In this document: positions 23,776 through 37,664 of the stretch, piece by piece
Layout of the letters: every line of letters begins with the position of its first letter
Numbering within the stretch: position 1 is the first letter of the stretch
Assembly (NCBI RefSeq): GCF_009914755.1
Contig: NC_060938.1
DNA: 64,000 nucleotides
Direction: 5' to 3' (one strand)
Source of the DNA: the human T2T-CHM13v2.0 reference genome, Homo sapiens
The notes under the pieces: generated by a model
Told to the model about the DNA's origin: nothing
The model's input: the letters and a program-made list of their open reading frames with translations, nothing else
Database searches by the model: none
Program-made: the position numbers and the translations under genes

Positions 23776-26700
23776 TTGTTTTCAGTATAAGCAGTCAAAA
23801 ATACCAAAATTTTTCTTCATGCAACAAATATTTATTGTGCGTTTACTATATGCCAAACTTGCCAAATACTGGAGAATATTTGAAAAATACCTTATTCAGT
23901 GACCAAAGTAAGAATCTGCATCTCTGTTGTTGGCTGTAGATGGCAATTTCTGCTTCCTGGCCTTACTTCTTTAAAGAAAAAAATTTCCCATGCATTAGTC
24001 ACTTAGATCAACCCATTGCCACATTTTTTTAGTGTTGAAAGCTAATATATTTTAGTAATGCTTCAATGAACTGTGGTAGCAACAAATAAAGAAATTGACT
24101 TCTGTCCCAAAATATGGGGAGTAGAGTTGTAATCAGGATTACAAAAAAAAAGGGGCCAGTATTACAAGCTGCTAAAATGCTTTTGCGTGGATTATTGTTT
24201 TATTTGGACCCCCTCCACCCTTTAAATCTGATACATGCTAAGATTTTCATGGGCACAGCCACCTCCTAATATGTGGTTTCGCTTCTCTGCAAGCATGGAA
24301 TCCCCTCTGCAGTTATGTTTGCCTGTGCATCTCCGGCAGCTGGAGGACGAATCACATCAGGCTGATGAGTGTGTCACGCTCTTCATCCCCCAAGTGAGTG
24401 CACTCCCAGGCCCACCTTTCTGGAAAATGTTCTTTGGTGCAGGGTGCATGGTGGGCCAGGGAATTGTCTGGGCTTCCCATTAATCTCAGAGGATGGGAGG
24501 GTAATCCCTTCACAAATATGGGAATGGGGGCTGCTCTGAGGCTGGCAAATAATAAACAATGAGGGTTTCTTTTTTTTCTTTTTAATCCTGGATTCCTCCA
24601 GCCCTCCTCTCTGTAGTCCTCAGCAATAACTTAGCCCTTGTCTTCCTCTCTGAAGGATTTAAATGGAATGACCTTAATTCTCGCTTTGTTTGCACTCTAT
24701 CTCTTAAGGAGCTGTGATGAAGACCAAGACAAACAGTAGATTAACAGTGCTACCTTTTATAAGGCTGATTAGTTCCTAAAATATGCTGAAAGGAAACAAA
24801 ACCAAAAAGAAAAAAGAGTGGAAAGGGGGGTGAGACAGAAACCTTTGTCGGTGAGTTTGAAACAGCTCCATTTCTTTCATTAGTTGCAGATATTGACCTT
24901 CCGATGAAATATTTTCTTTGTGTGGGAAGGCTTTGCCAGGGTAGCATTTATTAGGCAGGTGCCTGGTAAGTGTTTCTAAGCAAATATTACTTTACTGCCT
25001 AATTTTGGTTTAAGGGGAGAGTTGTACCAGGGATGAATTTGGAAAACATTTGATGATGGTTCATCTGCCACCCCTTAGAGCAGGGGCTATCGAGTGGTTG
25101 ACAGTATCCAAATCAGAATTCCAAAGACGCTGTTCCATCCGGAATCATTAAGAGGAACACAGCCTCTTAGAATCTCATTCAGCTCCTCTGGATTTGAAGG
25201 AATTTACAGAGAAACTTCCAAGACACCTCAGCTATATCCAAACGAAAGCCTAAGCATTATGGTTTGGCAGAGCTGAAAATGTGTCTCTGGAAAGAAAAAA
25301 AAATTATATAAAGCTCCACAGAAAATATTTCTGGGCATCAGCTTGTTTCCTTTGAGGGATGGGAGGTTGTTCCTGAAATTGTTCAATTTGATTTAAAGTT
25401 AAATAAAAATGTGAAAGACCAGGGTACATTAATAAGATGATCCACCTGCTTATAATAATAGGATAATTCACATCCTCATTGTCAGAGTAGAAAGGATCCC
25501 AATAAGGTCAGTCTTTAAACTCAGTATGTTTCATTCTTTGGTGCTGTCTCACTTAGATTCTCAGCGCCACTTGTCTGCCCTTCTTTTCCACTATGCACCT
25601 TTATTGCAAATTTAGTTCCATTAGGTAGATGCTTGCATCGTTATGAAGCCTGATTCCATCATTTTCAAAGTGCCAAGCCATTTGAATACGATACGGTCCT
25701 TGGTCATATTTAATCCAAACATTTACACACATCCAGCCCCTTCTTATCTTTTTAAATAGGATGCAGGGCTTATTTTTAAATTACATCCTCATTCATGCTC
25801 CGTAAAAGCATCAAGTAAAACCATCCATGGGATTTACATTCTGGTCCATAGTTGTTGCTTCCAATTCCTGGCATGGCCATTAAATCCTAGCCTCAGCATA
25901 ATTCTCGGCATGACACTCTTGTGTCGAGGCAAAAAAGGAAAAACAGAAACAGCCATTTTTTTTTCTCTCCCAGAAATTAAGCTGCATGGAGGAGCACTGT
26001 AGCTTTTGCTTCCTTCCCTATGTATACCTAATTTAAAGGGCATCTTAAAATAAGGCTCCCCAGAAAAGGGATGTCAGTGGGAAGTTGAGGTGCTTGAAAT
26101 AAAGCAAGTGCTTACTAAAAACGGATATGTGCATGATTTCTTTTATCACATGTCAATTAGATGTACATCTATTCAGGGGAGGTTTCTGTTGATATAATGA
26201 GTTTTCCTGTGACTTGAGTGCCATAACTGTCACCACAGCATCCCAAAAGTCCTGAGTCATCTGTGGTTGCCCCTCAAACCCTTGGTACGGTCTATTCCAT
26301 GAATTCCCCCTTTCCCCCAACAAGCTCACTCTCCTATCAGCTTCTAGTCTCAGCTATTAGATTCAGTCATATAACAAGTACACAGATGCCCCAAAGCTAT
26401 AGAGCCTTAGCTTGCTTTCTTCAATTTCTATGCAGTTACTGGCATCATAAGAAATCTCTTATCAATTTGGAAAGGCAATTGGAACAAACTAGTGTTTGCT
26501 TAATTAAACCCACACCCACACCCACACACACACACACACCCTGGTCTCCACCTACCTTGTCTCATTTTGTACTTAGAAACTCCTGATGGTGCACTGGGGG
26601 CTGCAGGGAGAGTCTGCATGAGATCCCCAAATGATCACAACTGTGCAATTGTCCTGGGTGCACTTCTCTGATAGGCTGCCATTTGTTCCCACTCACCTAG

Positions 26701-27933
26701 AGAGCTTGTGGATAGCCTGAGAGGGTTGAGCGTGTGTGTGCGTTTTAACAAATTTTCAAAAGTTGCCATGGGGAGAGAATAGAAAGAAAGCCCTTCAAAA
26801 AGGAAAATTATTTTCACAGCATCATCACTAGAAAACACCCCTGCAATGGATATCTTTGAAGGTCGGCTGCAATCTGAACTAATTGGGGAGGGAGGGAGAG
26901 CTTTCAATTTTGCTCACCTTTTATAAGGGGTCTCAGAGAAGTGGTCGGTAGCCAAATGCTTCCTGCAATGAGTGGTTTGGGCACTTTCTAAGCAAAAAGG
27001 AAAGGCTCTTCCAGCTTCTTCTTGTTCATGTCACTGAGAGAGGTCACCACCTGCCCTCTTACTTGCCACTTCTGATTATTGGGTAGGTTCTGCTCCAAAA
27101 GTCATCTTTTGTGGTGAGGACATAAATCCCCTCCCCAGTGATGAAATGCTTGATAAGAAGGAGGGGTGGAAGCAGGTAGAGTGAGCTGGAAAGCCTCAAG
27201 ATCACAGCCAAGGAGCATTAGTCATAGGACTTTACTGAAAATCAACCTCAATCTCTGTGAATGTACTACATTAAACCAATAACAGACAACAAGCTTGTGA
27301 ATATTTGGCACTGTGATGAAATCGGCCGCAGCCCTTCCACAGTGGGGAGGGAGAGAAGCCCAATCTAGGAAGTGCTGGTACTCCTCCCTGGAGTGTGTCT
27401 GTTGTGATTGCTAGCTGGTTTCCACAGATCCTTGCTGAATATTATGCCATTAAACAGTATGAAAGAAAATCAAAATATATGTTTACTGGGTACTAAATAG
27501 TAAGTGCCCTTTCAAATGCTCTTTAATGGCTACGCTTTGAAGTCATCGTGGAGCACCCTCAGAAAGCGAGAGCAGCATGTTTCACAGATTTCTGTTGCTG
27601 TAAACCACTATGAGAGGCTGAACAAACGCACGCTGAGATTTTTGAACACCCCACAACTCTGGACCCTTAAAGGCATATTCAGAGAGAAAACAGCCTTCTG
27701 CCATGTATATTCTTTAATGTATAATTTTAATTGAAAAATTGCCGATGGCTTCAGCTGAATTTTCTCAGATTGAATGACAATCAACGTCTGGTTCTGCATA
27801 ATAGATATACTTCCTGGGGAAATAGGGAAAGGAATGTATGTTTCAATGGTGACTTATAGTGAGCAGTGGCTAAATATGACAAAATACTTGTGTGAAGATA
27901 CAGGAATGACCATTTTCATTTATAAACTAACAA

Positions 27934-28386
27934 TAGTCACACATCACTTAACAGGGATATGGTCTGAGAAATGCGTTGTTAGGTGATTTCGTCATTAAAT
28001 GAACATCAGAGAGTGCGCTTATAGATGGTGGAGCCTATATACGATTAGGCTATATGGTGTAGCCTCTTGCTCCCAAATAAACATATATTTTGATTTTCTT
28101 TCACACTGTTTAATGACATACTGCTCCTAGGCTATATGATGTAGCTTATTTCTCCTAGGCTACAAACCTGTACACCATGTTACTGTACTGAATACTGTAG
28201 GCAGTGGTAACACAATGGAAAAAATGTGTGTCTCTAATCATAGAAAGGGTGCTACAATACTATAAGGGACATCATGATGGCTGTGATAGCACTAGATAAG
28301 AGGAATTTTTCAGCTCCTTTATCTTATGGGACCACCATTATATATGCTGTCCATCGTTGACCAAAACATTATGTGGCACGTGACTG
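27934..28386 (+). mobile_element. Tigger3a (Golem/MER7-type) DNA transposon
   Basis: 5' tagtcacacatcacttaacagggatatggtctgagaaatgcgttgttaggtgatttcgtc; 3' atgggaccacc...ttatgtggcacgtgactg followed by TA. Confidence 0.85.
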
Positions 28387-28449
28387 TACAGTTCTTGTAA
28401 TTTCTTGTTCATTGTGTTTGTATTATGTTAAATGTACTAGTACTCAATG

Positions 28450-29720
28450 TGTGAGCAGACAGGGAACAGAATACAAAGTCCAGAAATAGGCCAAAAACAT
28501 AATATACTTTAGTATCTGATAAAGGGAACACAAAAAGTCGGTGGTAGGGAAAGGATGAATTATTCCATATTTGGTGATAGGATAACTAGAACGACCTGGA
28601 AATATCTAAAGTTGGATCTGTAACTCATACTGCTCAAGGATAAAATCTAAATGTTAATATTAAATTTAAAAGAAAAAATATTCAAGCAGTATAAAATTCA
28701 TGGGAGAATTTATAACCTTGGAGTGGAGAAAGAAGCCATAAAGATGGATGTGACTGCATAAAAATCAGAACTTCTGCATGGAAAAAACTCCAGATACGCA
28801 GTCAAAACACAGATGACAAGTTGGGAAAAAATATTTGCAACTCATGACACACTTAAAGGGAAAATTTCCCAAATATATAAAGAACTAGAAATCAATAAGA
28901 AAAATATTAACACTCCAAAAGAAATATGGACAAAGACTTTAAGGAGAAGATTAACATGAAAAGAAATACAATTGTCTTACAACATATAAAAAGATATTGA
29001 CATCACTAGTAACAGAAACTAAAACTCTAGAGTGCTACTATTTTTTACCTATCAGATTGGCTGAATTTCAAGAGTTTAATACTATCCTTTGTTGTCAAAG
29101 TTGGGAAAACAGGTACTTTACACTGTCAATGGGAGTGTAAATTGGAATAACCTCTATAGAGGGGAATTTAACAATTTGCATCAAAATTACAATTGCAAAT
29201 ATACTCTAACCTATAAATTTCACTTCTGGGATTTTATCTTTTATATATATTTGCATACATAAGAAATAAATGCACAAGGTTATTCATTATAAAGAGCGGA
29301 ATTTTGAGAACACACCAAATGTCCATCAATAGGGATTAAATAAATTATAGTGCATCCATACAATGGAACACTGTGCTGTTGTAAAAAGAAAAAGGGAGAA
29401 GATCTCTGTGCTCTGATGTGAAAAGACAACCAAATATAGTGGTAAGTGAAAAATGCAGAACCATGAATAGTATGCTACCATTTGTTCATGCAAGAGGCAA
29501 AATAAAAATCTTAGTATTTTGAAAAAATATTTTCATAAAGAAACTCTAGAAAACTACAAAAGAAATGAACAGTAGTCATATAACAGTAGTTATATGTGAA
29601 GGAGTAAGAACTATACAGATGAATTTTAGGCATGGGAAGGAAAACTTCACAGTAAACCTTTAATCTTTTTTTGTTTTCCAATCATATTTTACCAAATGTT
29701 CCCTACTTAAAACTGTATCA
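28450..29720 (+). mobile_element. Old L1 (L1ME-type) ORF2 3' region and 3'UTR
   Basis: gggaacagaatacaaagtccagaaatagg, tgggaaaaaatatttgcaac, gggagtgtaaattgg, ccaaatgtccatcaataggg, tagtatgctaccatttg. Confidence 0.8.
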
Positions 29721-31659
29721 TTAAAATAATTAAATGAAACAGCTGAATAAACCATTTCACAATCAAATATAGCAAATAAAAAAATTTAAACCGAAAATAA
29801 CTATACCAGTACTGATGTTGATTACATCTACCAAAGCAATGATGGAAGATGACTTAGAGCAATTTTGATAAGAGCCATTATGAATTTGGTCCTAGCCTAT
29901 GATATACCCCTTCACTTACCATATCCGTATGCTATATGCCTCTGTTTTCTGGCTCAAAAAATTGGGAAAATTGAAAAATAAATCAAGGAGGGATTATATT
30001 TATTTTGGTTAGCTTCAAAAACATTTTTTACCATTTGAAATAAGAAATTCTTCTTTGCAGTTATCTCTAATTTTTTTGAAAAAATCATTTCTACATTCCC
30101 AAAGTAGCAATTGACCTGAATACTATCTTACCACTAAAAGAAAGTTTGCCCAACTCTGAATTCTGCTTCAAATCTTCACTTCTAACATATCTTTAGGTTA
30201 AACAGAACATAAGGTTAAAGTAGCACAGCCTGGAGAATCAATGAGTTGATGCTACAATTGTATAGTTAAAAACTGTATTTACTCTAAATTGCAAAATGGT
30301 AGGTATTGTATGTGATGTTTAAGTCACAGCAATTGTTCTAGTAATAAATGTAATATTCAGCAGCATTTTCATAGATTACTCAGTTCATCATTAGTGCCAT
30401 TTTTGCCTCTTTATAATAATGTGCACTTTAGAAAGAGCTTGGTTATTTCTTTGGTTGGGCCTATTTGCTCCTTTTTTATGTGAGATTTTTCAATACTATG
30501 AAATGATGCAGAGCAAAAAAGGTCCATCCACTTCACTTGTGTTGCCTCCTGCGTTACCTAAACCACAACAGAACAATGACAGACAACAGAGCCTTTCTCC
30601 TCTCTAACAATTCAGTCACCATGACAACCAGCAGAAGAACATTGGGCCAGAAAAAAGCATTGAGCTTGAGGGACTAGACTAATCAAAAAATGGAATAACA
30701 TGGCAACAATTACACTGATGAGTGAGAGGGAAGCTACAGATGCATTCAGACACCTATGGCACCACAGACTCAACGCATTCAGCATTTTGTGTTTAGTGTC
30801 TTGTGTTTTTGAGAGCAGGTAAATAGACAAGATCAAATTGTGTAACAGAATGTCAGTGCTCTAGTTAAATAGAAAATTCCTTTCCTTTGGCAGTGCTACT
30901 TCAAGCACGTTGAAGAGTGTTTAGGGGAGATGAGGTTTTGAAGTGAAATGTGTAATAGATACAATATGAGTGCCACAAAGCAACATTATTTAGTCTTAAA
31001 GTAAACTTCAGTATGCCTCCCACCCCTTATTTTCAAATATATAGGCACAAATAAAGGGAGAATGCTGCTGGGTTCGTGGCTGATGCTTCATGTCAGGAAC
31101 ATACATGATTCTCTTCTGTTAACATGTTTCTGGGGGTAGATTGATTCCTATAGACAAAATCAAGCACCATGATGTTAGGCCATTTTCATTCTAATGTCTG
31201 GAGGAAGTTGAGCCCATCATGATAGTTCTGTGGGTCAGATAACACGAGGACAGGATTATAGCTGTGTCTCCTACTCATCTGCCTCCACAGCTGCCTCCAT
31301 TTACTTCTTTCAAAATTTTCTCCTGATTCCTGAGGAGTTTAGTATAATAGATGTGCATATCTCTTTAAAATGGCATTTCTATTGCCATTCCTTCTTGATT
31401 GCAGGAATAGGTTGGATTGTAAACAGGCTGTATAGACATTGACCCTTGCCTCAGTTGCTCTGATTAAATTTTCTCACAATTTTTGTAAATATGTGTTGTG
31501 TTTACATAATTTAGTGGATATTTTTAGTGAATCACATTTTGTGGTTTTAATGAATAGGCTTTTCAAAGGCAAATTTTTCTTTCCCCTAAACAGAAATATT
31601 TGAATTAGGATTATTTTATTAAATCAAACAGGAACTGATAACCTCTCCTCAAAGAAAGT

Positions 31660-31805
31660 AAAAGGCATGAAATACCATCATTCTCATGGAGAAACTGGAG
31701 GTGAGAGAAATGAGACCTAACCCTGTAAGTTGCCCAGCAACATTTGTGTTGGGATGGGGTTAAGGCTCCAGTCTGGAGACTTTGAGCTAGTGCTGTCCCC
31801 TCAGA
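31660..31805 (-). mobile_element. MIR remnant
   Basis: cattctcatggagaaactggaggtgagagaaatgag...gttgggatggggttaaggctccagtctggagactttgagc. Confidence 0.5.
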
Positions 31806-34004
31806 GCCCACAGACTATAGCATCTCCAGTTGTTATCTGTTCTATCACTTAGTACATTTTCTTAGTCTTGTTATTTTGACATTCTGTGACTCAGTTTACC
31901 TATCTATAAAATGGGCTTTTTGACTATGTTATTGTTAAAAAATGATGATGGGACAGGGGGAAAAAAAGGAGGCAGTTTACTTTGACCCTATAAGTAAATG
32001 TTTCTTGATGAAGTTTTCTATATGAATGAATGATTGATTTTATTTTGATCTTGGTGTGAAGCCAAACACTTCTAGCTAGAAATTCTTCATTAGAAAGATG
32101 CTTTTAAATTGTCTTTCCTGGGTTACTTTTGTTCAGGTGAAAGAAACAGCATGGTTAGAGTAATGGCAGCCACTTAAAATGTTTATTCACAATTCATCTA
32201 CTTCTCAAAAAGAATTTGAGACAAGTTATAAAGTTCTAATAAAACAGATTCATTCACAGAAGCTACAAAAACATGAAGTGGTAATCGAAGAAAAATTCAT
32301 ATCAAGAAATCCTGGCAAAAAGAGTGCAATTTCTAGCTCCGAGGTTTCCAACAGCCGGGCAGAGAGAAACCCTGCTGATTACAGAATCCTCCTCAACTAA
32401 TCATAAGAATTGTGTTGGTTCTTTAAGGGAAACGACCTTTTCCTGGCCCTTAGCTCCTCCAAGTGGAGTCTGTCCTGAGAAGTGGTGTATGGAGGTGGCC
32501 AAGGCATTGGCAGAGGAGGCGGCTTTCAGCAGAGTTGGGAAGAGCCCGTCCTGGAGGAAGACTTGTCCTTCTGACTTTGGCTGATGAGCCATTCTAAGTC
32601 AGGAGCAGAGGAGAATCATTCCTTTCCCCTCTGTCATCAGAGGAAGGATAAGGAAAGAGGAAAGAAAGGGAAAAGAACATACTCTTCTGGGCTTAGAAGC
32701 AATCCACATCCCTTGAAAGCAAGTTACAACAGTTTATTTGGAAATCACCATATAGAGTAGGGCTTGAATTTGGCCAAAATATTTTTTACCAAAGACCTTC
32801 TTGCTTTAAAATAAAGCAGCTGATAATCAGATATTTGGAAGGGGCCCATCCAGCTGCAGCGGGCCTCCTCCCTGAAGGCGGCCAGTTTGAGCTGCTGCCA
32901 GGAGATTGTGTCAAATGCGAATGAAAAATAAGGGTTTTCTATGAGATTATTGTGAAAAGGTGAGAAAACAGCTAAATCAGCTGTGTAGGAGATAAACAGT
33001 GATATCTTGAGTAGACTCACACTACAAAAGCCAGATTTTAGACAGCATAAATGTGCTCATTCTTTCTATACAGTCTCCAATATTTTACTTTACTGTGAAG
33101 AAAATCTGCTTATCAGTCTTAACACCCTTCTCTGAGTTGCCAGATAAAAGGCCTCAGCAACTGGAAGAAATATATCTTTAAAATGTTTCTATTATGCTTG
33201 GTGACAATGCCGTTTCCACTGAGGACTTCTCGAGTATGTTTTTTGTTTTTATTTTTTTCCTATGGATGAAGCAGGAATCAAAAAGGACTTTTCGCTTTGC
33301 CTCAGGAGAACAATACGGGCATGCAAACACCGAGCCTGGCACTGCATTAAGCTCTGAAAATGCTTTCGGGAACTGGTGGCGCCGTGCACGTGCATCAATG
33401 CAAGGGTCTTTACGTTCTAGGAAATCTATCACAGTATGACAATCTGTGCGAGGCTCCCAAACTGAGTTTGTTCCTGTCTAGTTCTATTTCCCAGAGTGGC
33501 CTCACACTTTCTGAAATATGTCTGTAGGGGAGGAATTCACTAGTCGTTCAGACTAAGGGAAGAAGTCCGTGGCTCAGTTCATTTACCTTCGCCCCTTCTG
33601 TGCCTTCATTATAGCATAATGAGGCGGCCGCTTATGGGGTGTCTGTGTGCAGGCACCAAGTGAGTCACTTCACTTATATCACCGCCCACCCTCACCGCAG
33701 CCCTGTAAAAATAAGTATTCTTAACCTGTCTGAGGTCATGCATTAACTTGGCATTCATTCAACACATTATTGAAGGGCTTATGCTATAGGCTGGCCGACG
33801 CAGTTACAGATGTTGAGGGACCAGTGATAAACAAGATGTGTCCCTCTAACATAGAAATGAGAACACTGACCAGCAAAAAAGTTATGGGGACTGAGGAAGA
33901 ACAGAACCAGAGTGTGAAGCTGTTTGTAATTCTGCAGCCCATACTATGCCTTTACACTGTGCAGCTTCTCTTGCCTGGTGCCGTCTTCTGATTTGTGTTT
34001 CCTA

Positions 34005-34205
34005 AGGTTAAGAGCGCTGACTTGGGGGCTCAAGGTAGTTTGCTACACGTTCACTGGATAATCTCAGAAAAGTTATTAACTTCTCTAGCCTCAATGTCAT
34101 CTGTAAAACAAGAATAGTAATACCAACTTCATAAGTATGCTGTGTAACTTAAATGAGATTGTGCGTGTAAAGCCCAGCACGTAAGTGCTCAGTTAATGTG
34201 AAGTA
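34005..34205 (+). mobile_element. MIR
   Basis: ggttaagagcgctgactt...aagttattaacttctctagcctcaatgtcatctgtaaaacaagaatagtaatacc...gtaagtgctcag. Confidence 0.8.
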
Positions 34206-36439
34206 TTTTCTTCACTATGCTTCTTACACCGAGGAACCTCTCTGAGGCTGTTTGCTTTCACCTAAAATATCTGCTTCCTACTCTGGCCAGTGTTGCCCCA
34301 TAGGCAGTCAGAGTTTTTCCTCTGACCTAAGGTGACACTTGTCATAAGGGGTCTACAGGAACAAAGATGGAGAATTGTTCTTACACTCAGGATCATATTT
34401 ATGACCTTACATAATATTAAACAGTGGAAAATAATGGTACTAATCTATAAAAGGGGCATAATTTTCTGTAATGAACAAAGAGACATTGCAAAATGTTTGA
34501 GGACAGTTACGTTTCTCTTCCTTTCTCCTAAATCCATTGCCCCAAGACTTTTGCTTGCACCTGCCATAACAGAAAACAGGAGAGATGGGTGAATAGGGAA
34601 GAGTGGTCCCAAGAGGAGGGCTATAAAAATTTTAGTTTTAGCACCTGATTCCTGAGACACACACAAGAGCAAATTATCACCCTCTGTTCCTATGTTCATC
34701 TCTCTTGTTAGACTGGAGAACATGTCAAGGAAATGACACTCTTACGCATCTTTGTCATTTTAGTGTCTTTCATGGTGCCTAGCATATAAGAAGTGCTCAT
34801 TAAATATTGTGGAATGAATAAATTAATGCCAAGTGAGCCCAAAAGTTTTGTTTGTTGCTTTAAAGTTTACACATTTCTGCATTGCAGAAGGACTAGAAAA
34901 ACATGTCAAGATGTAATGTGGAACAGTAGTGCTGAGATTTGTGGTGTTTTTCTCTTCGTGCTTTTAGAGTTTTATCGTTAATAACATAATAGCAATTGAT
35001 ATCAAGGAAAGATCTTTGACTTCACTTGTGAGGTGGAAGACACTGGCATTTCTAGACTAAGGAGTGACATGACATGTGCCGGAGCCTTGGAAAGTTCAGT
35101 GCAATGGTGGTGGGCAGCACCATCCTTGCCCTACTCTCTTTAGGCTCTGAACAGACCATGGTTAATGTGCCTCTGTAGTTCAAATCACGTAACTCTTCCA
35201 TGGATCTCTCAGTACTTTGGAGCCATTATTGCATTCAGCATTCCAATTAGGGGGCCGGGCATGACAATTCCACCGGACAGAAGATCAGGAAGACTATGCC
35301 TTTGACTCAAGTTTAAAATCTTACACCCTGCTCTCCTATAATCTAACCTTCTATCCCTTAGCTCAGAGTGACTTATTTCCCCCTTCCTCCTCTGTGCTAA
35401 ATGCCTACTGATGTGAGCAATCAGCATGAGCCAGGGTACCTAATTATGTTTAGTTTACAAGCAATGTCATTCTTAATGGCTTCAGAAAGTTTCATTCTTT
35501 ATCCTTTCCTCTGCTGCAACTGACTCTGGTAACTAATTGCTTTCAGCAACGATCTACATACTCCTATCTCTTCTTCACAAATAGATGGGAAATAAAGGTA
35601 TTATAGTCTTTGAGCTCTGTTGGTTCCACATTGGTCTGTGATGTTGTTATAAAGGTTATGAGTCACTGAAGAACAAGTTCAAGTCTATTCTTCCCCCTGA
35701 GATCCCACAGCTTATTTTTTAAAAATTGTATGGTAAGTCATCATGCTGTCATTGGGTCTACATAGGAGGACAACTATGTCTCCTAGTGCAAGTTCAATGG
35801 CTGGTTGGTTATTTGGCTTCTTGGGTGTCACAGGCACAAGTGCACCCCTACACCCCTCTAGGCAACCACAAGACTCTTTCTCTGGCCAGAATTAATTATT
35901 GGGAAGACAACACCCTAGATTAGGAGAAAGTGAACAGGCCTTACAGCATAAATAATTTCTAAACTTAGTCTTGACTAGACTTTATATCTCCTTAAAGAAA
36001 ATTATTGATAGCATAAATTAGATCTCCCAAACATACAGATTATTTGGCAGTGAATTAGATGATCTGGGGAGATAATCGAATAAATAACTCTCCACAGATG
36101 AGTCAATGAAGGCATCATCTTTCCCAGGCATGTGCTTTCTTAGTTAGCTCATGCCTGTTTCTAAGAGGCCATCAAAGGGTGACACTAATGGTTGGCATCC
36201 AAGTCCCTGAAGAGACTTTTGGTCAGATGGTACTTTTGGTCAGTCCTATCCTAGAAGGGACTCCCTAATACAACTTCTTACCTAACATCAGGAAGTCATC
36301 TTTTTGGACAGGCTTTTCAGAAAGTCCAGAGTCAAGCCCTTGTCACTTTAGATACATTTAATATATTCTGGAAAGTCTTTTTTTTTCATTTTAATATGGG
36401 AATTATTGAGCTTGCTTACTTCATGGGCTGTTAGGAGTT

Positions 36440-36884
36440 TTTAGTGGGTTTAATGCTGATCCCCCAAAAGATATGTCCACCCAGAACCTCAGAATGTGTC
36501 CTAATTTGGAATAAGAGTCTTATGGATTCAATTATGATAGTGATCTCAAGATCAGTTCATTCTGGATTATCCAGGTGGCTCCTAAATCCAATGACAAGTG
36601 TCCTTAGATGAGACAGAAAAGGAAAAGACAGACACAGAGGAGACTATCACGTGAAGACAGACACGGAGATTGGGGTTATGCTGCCCCTAGTCAAGGAACA
36701 CCTGGAGCCACTGGAAGCTGGACAAGGGGGCAGATTCTCCCCCAGGACCTTCAGAGGAAGCACAGCCCTCCCCACACCTTGAGCCAAGTCTTTTGGCCCC
36801 CATATCTATGGGAGAATACTTTTCTATTGGTTTAAGCCATGCAGTTTGCAGTGATTTGTTAAGCAACCCTGGGAAACTAATACA
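36440..36884 (+). mobile_element. MLT1C-like MaLR solo LTR
   Basis: tagtgggtttaatg...cccccaaaagatatgtcc...ctggattatccaggtggctcctaaatccaatgacaagtgtcctt...ggaaactaataca end. Confidence 0.88.
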
Positions 36885-37664
36885 AGTACATTCTTTGAGG
36901 GTCATAGCTCTAAGGAGTGGCAGAGTGGTTTTTGGTGGGTCTGTTCCCTAGTGTCATTTTCTGGGAAGTGTGAATTTGATTGCTTTGTTGGGGTTCTATC
37001 TTCTGGTACCCGATTAGGGATATTTGGGCTCACTCACTCCCAAGAGGCCCAAAGTTCAGTACATGGCTGGTGGGTTTTGGTCCAAGGCTGATTATAAATG
37101 CAATAAATTCTTCATGCAATTTTAAAACAAACAAATTGTCCCTAATGCCATTTTCACTAGGAGTTAAACTTCTTGAACATGAGACAAGGAACACCAAAGG
37201 CACAAACAATAATTAACTCCTGATTGCAGGGCAGGGCCAAGAAGTCTTGTTTTGTTATCAGTTCTCTCAGAGATTAAACATTTGATTAAACATATTTCAG
37301 CAACAGAAACTACTGAAACGGCTTTTGAACTATTTTAGTCACATAGCTGTATATTTACCTTCACCCAATGAAACAGTATCCTGTACTCTGCTCATTTGTT
37401 TATGTGCTTGAAGGAATTGGGTCTCCACGTCTATTTATTCTGCCCTTTCTTGAATATGAAGGAAATGACTCAATTCAAGAACTATTTGGCCAGTGCCTAC
37501 TATGTGCTCCATACACTGAGTTGATTGGGTTAGGACAGAAGTAAAAAGCAAAGTTTCCAAATGCTTTCAGGTTAATCAAGGAAGGAGAGTGTACAAGTAA
37601 TCCATGTGTCAAAGATACTTGTACCACCCAAGAGAGACACCTGGAAATGTCCCCTTTTTCTCTT

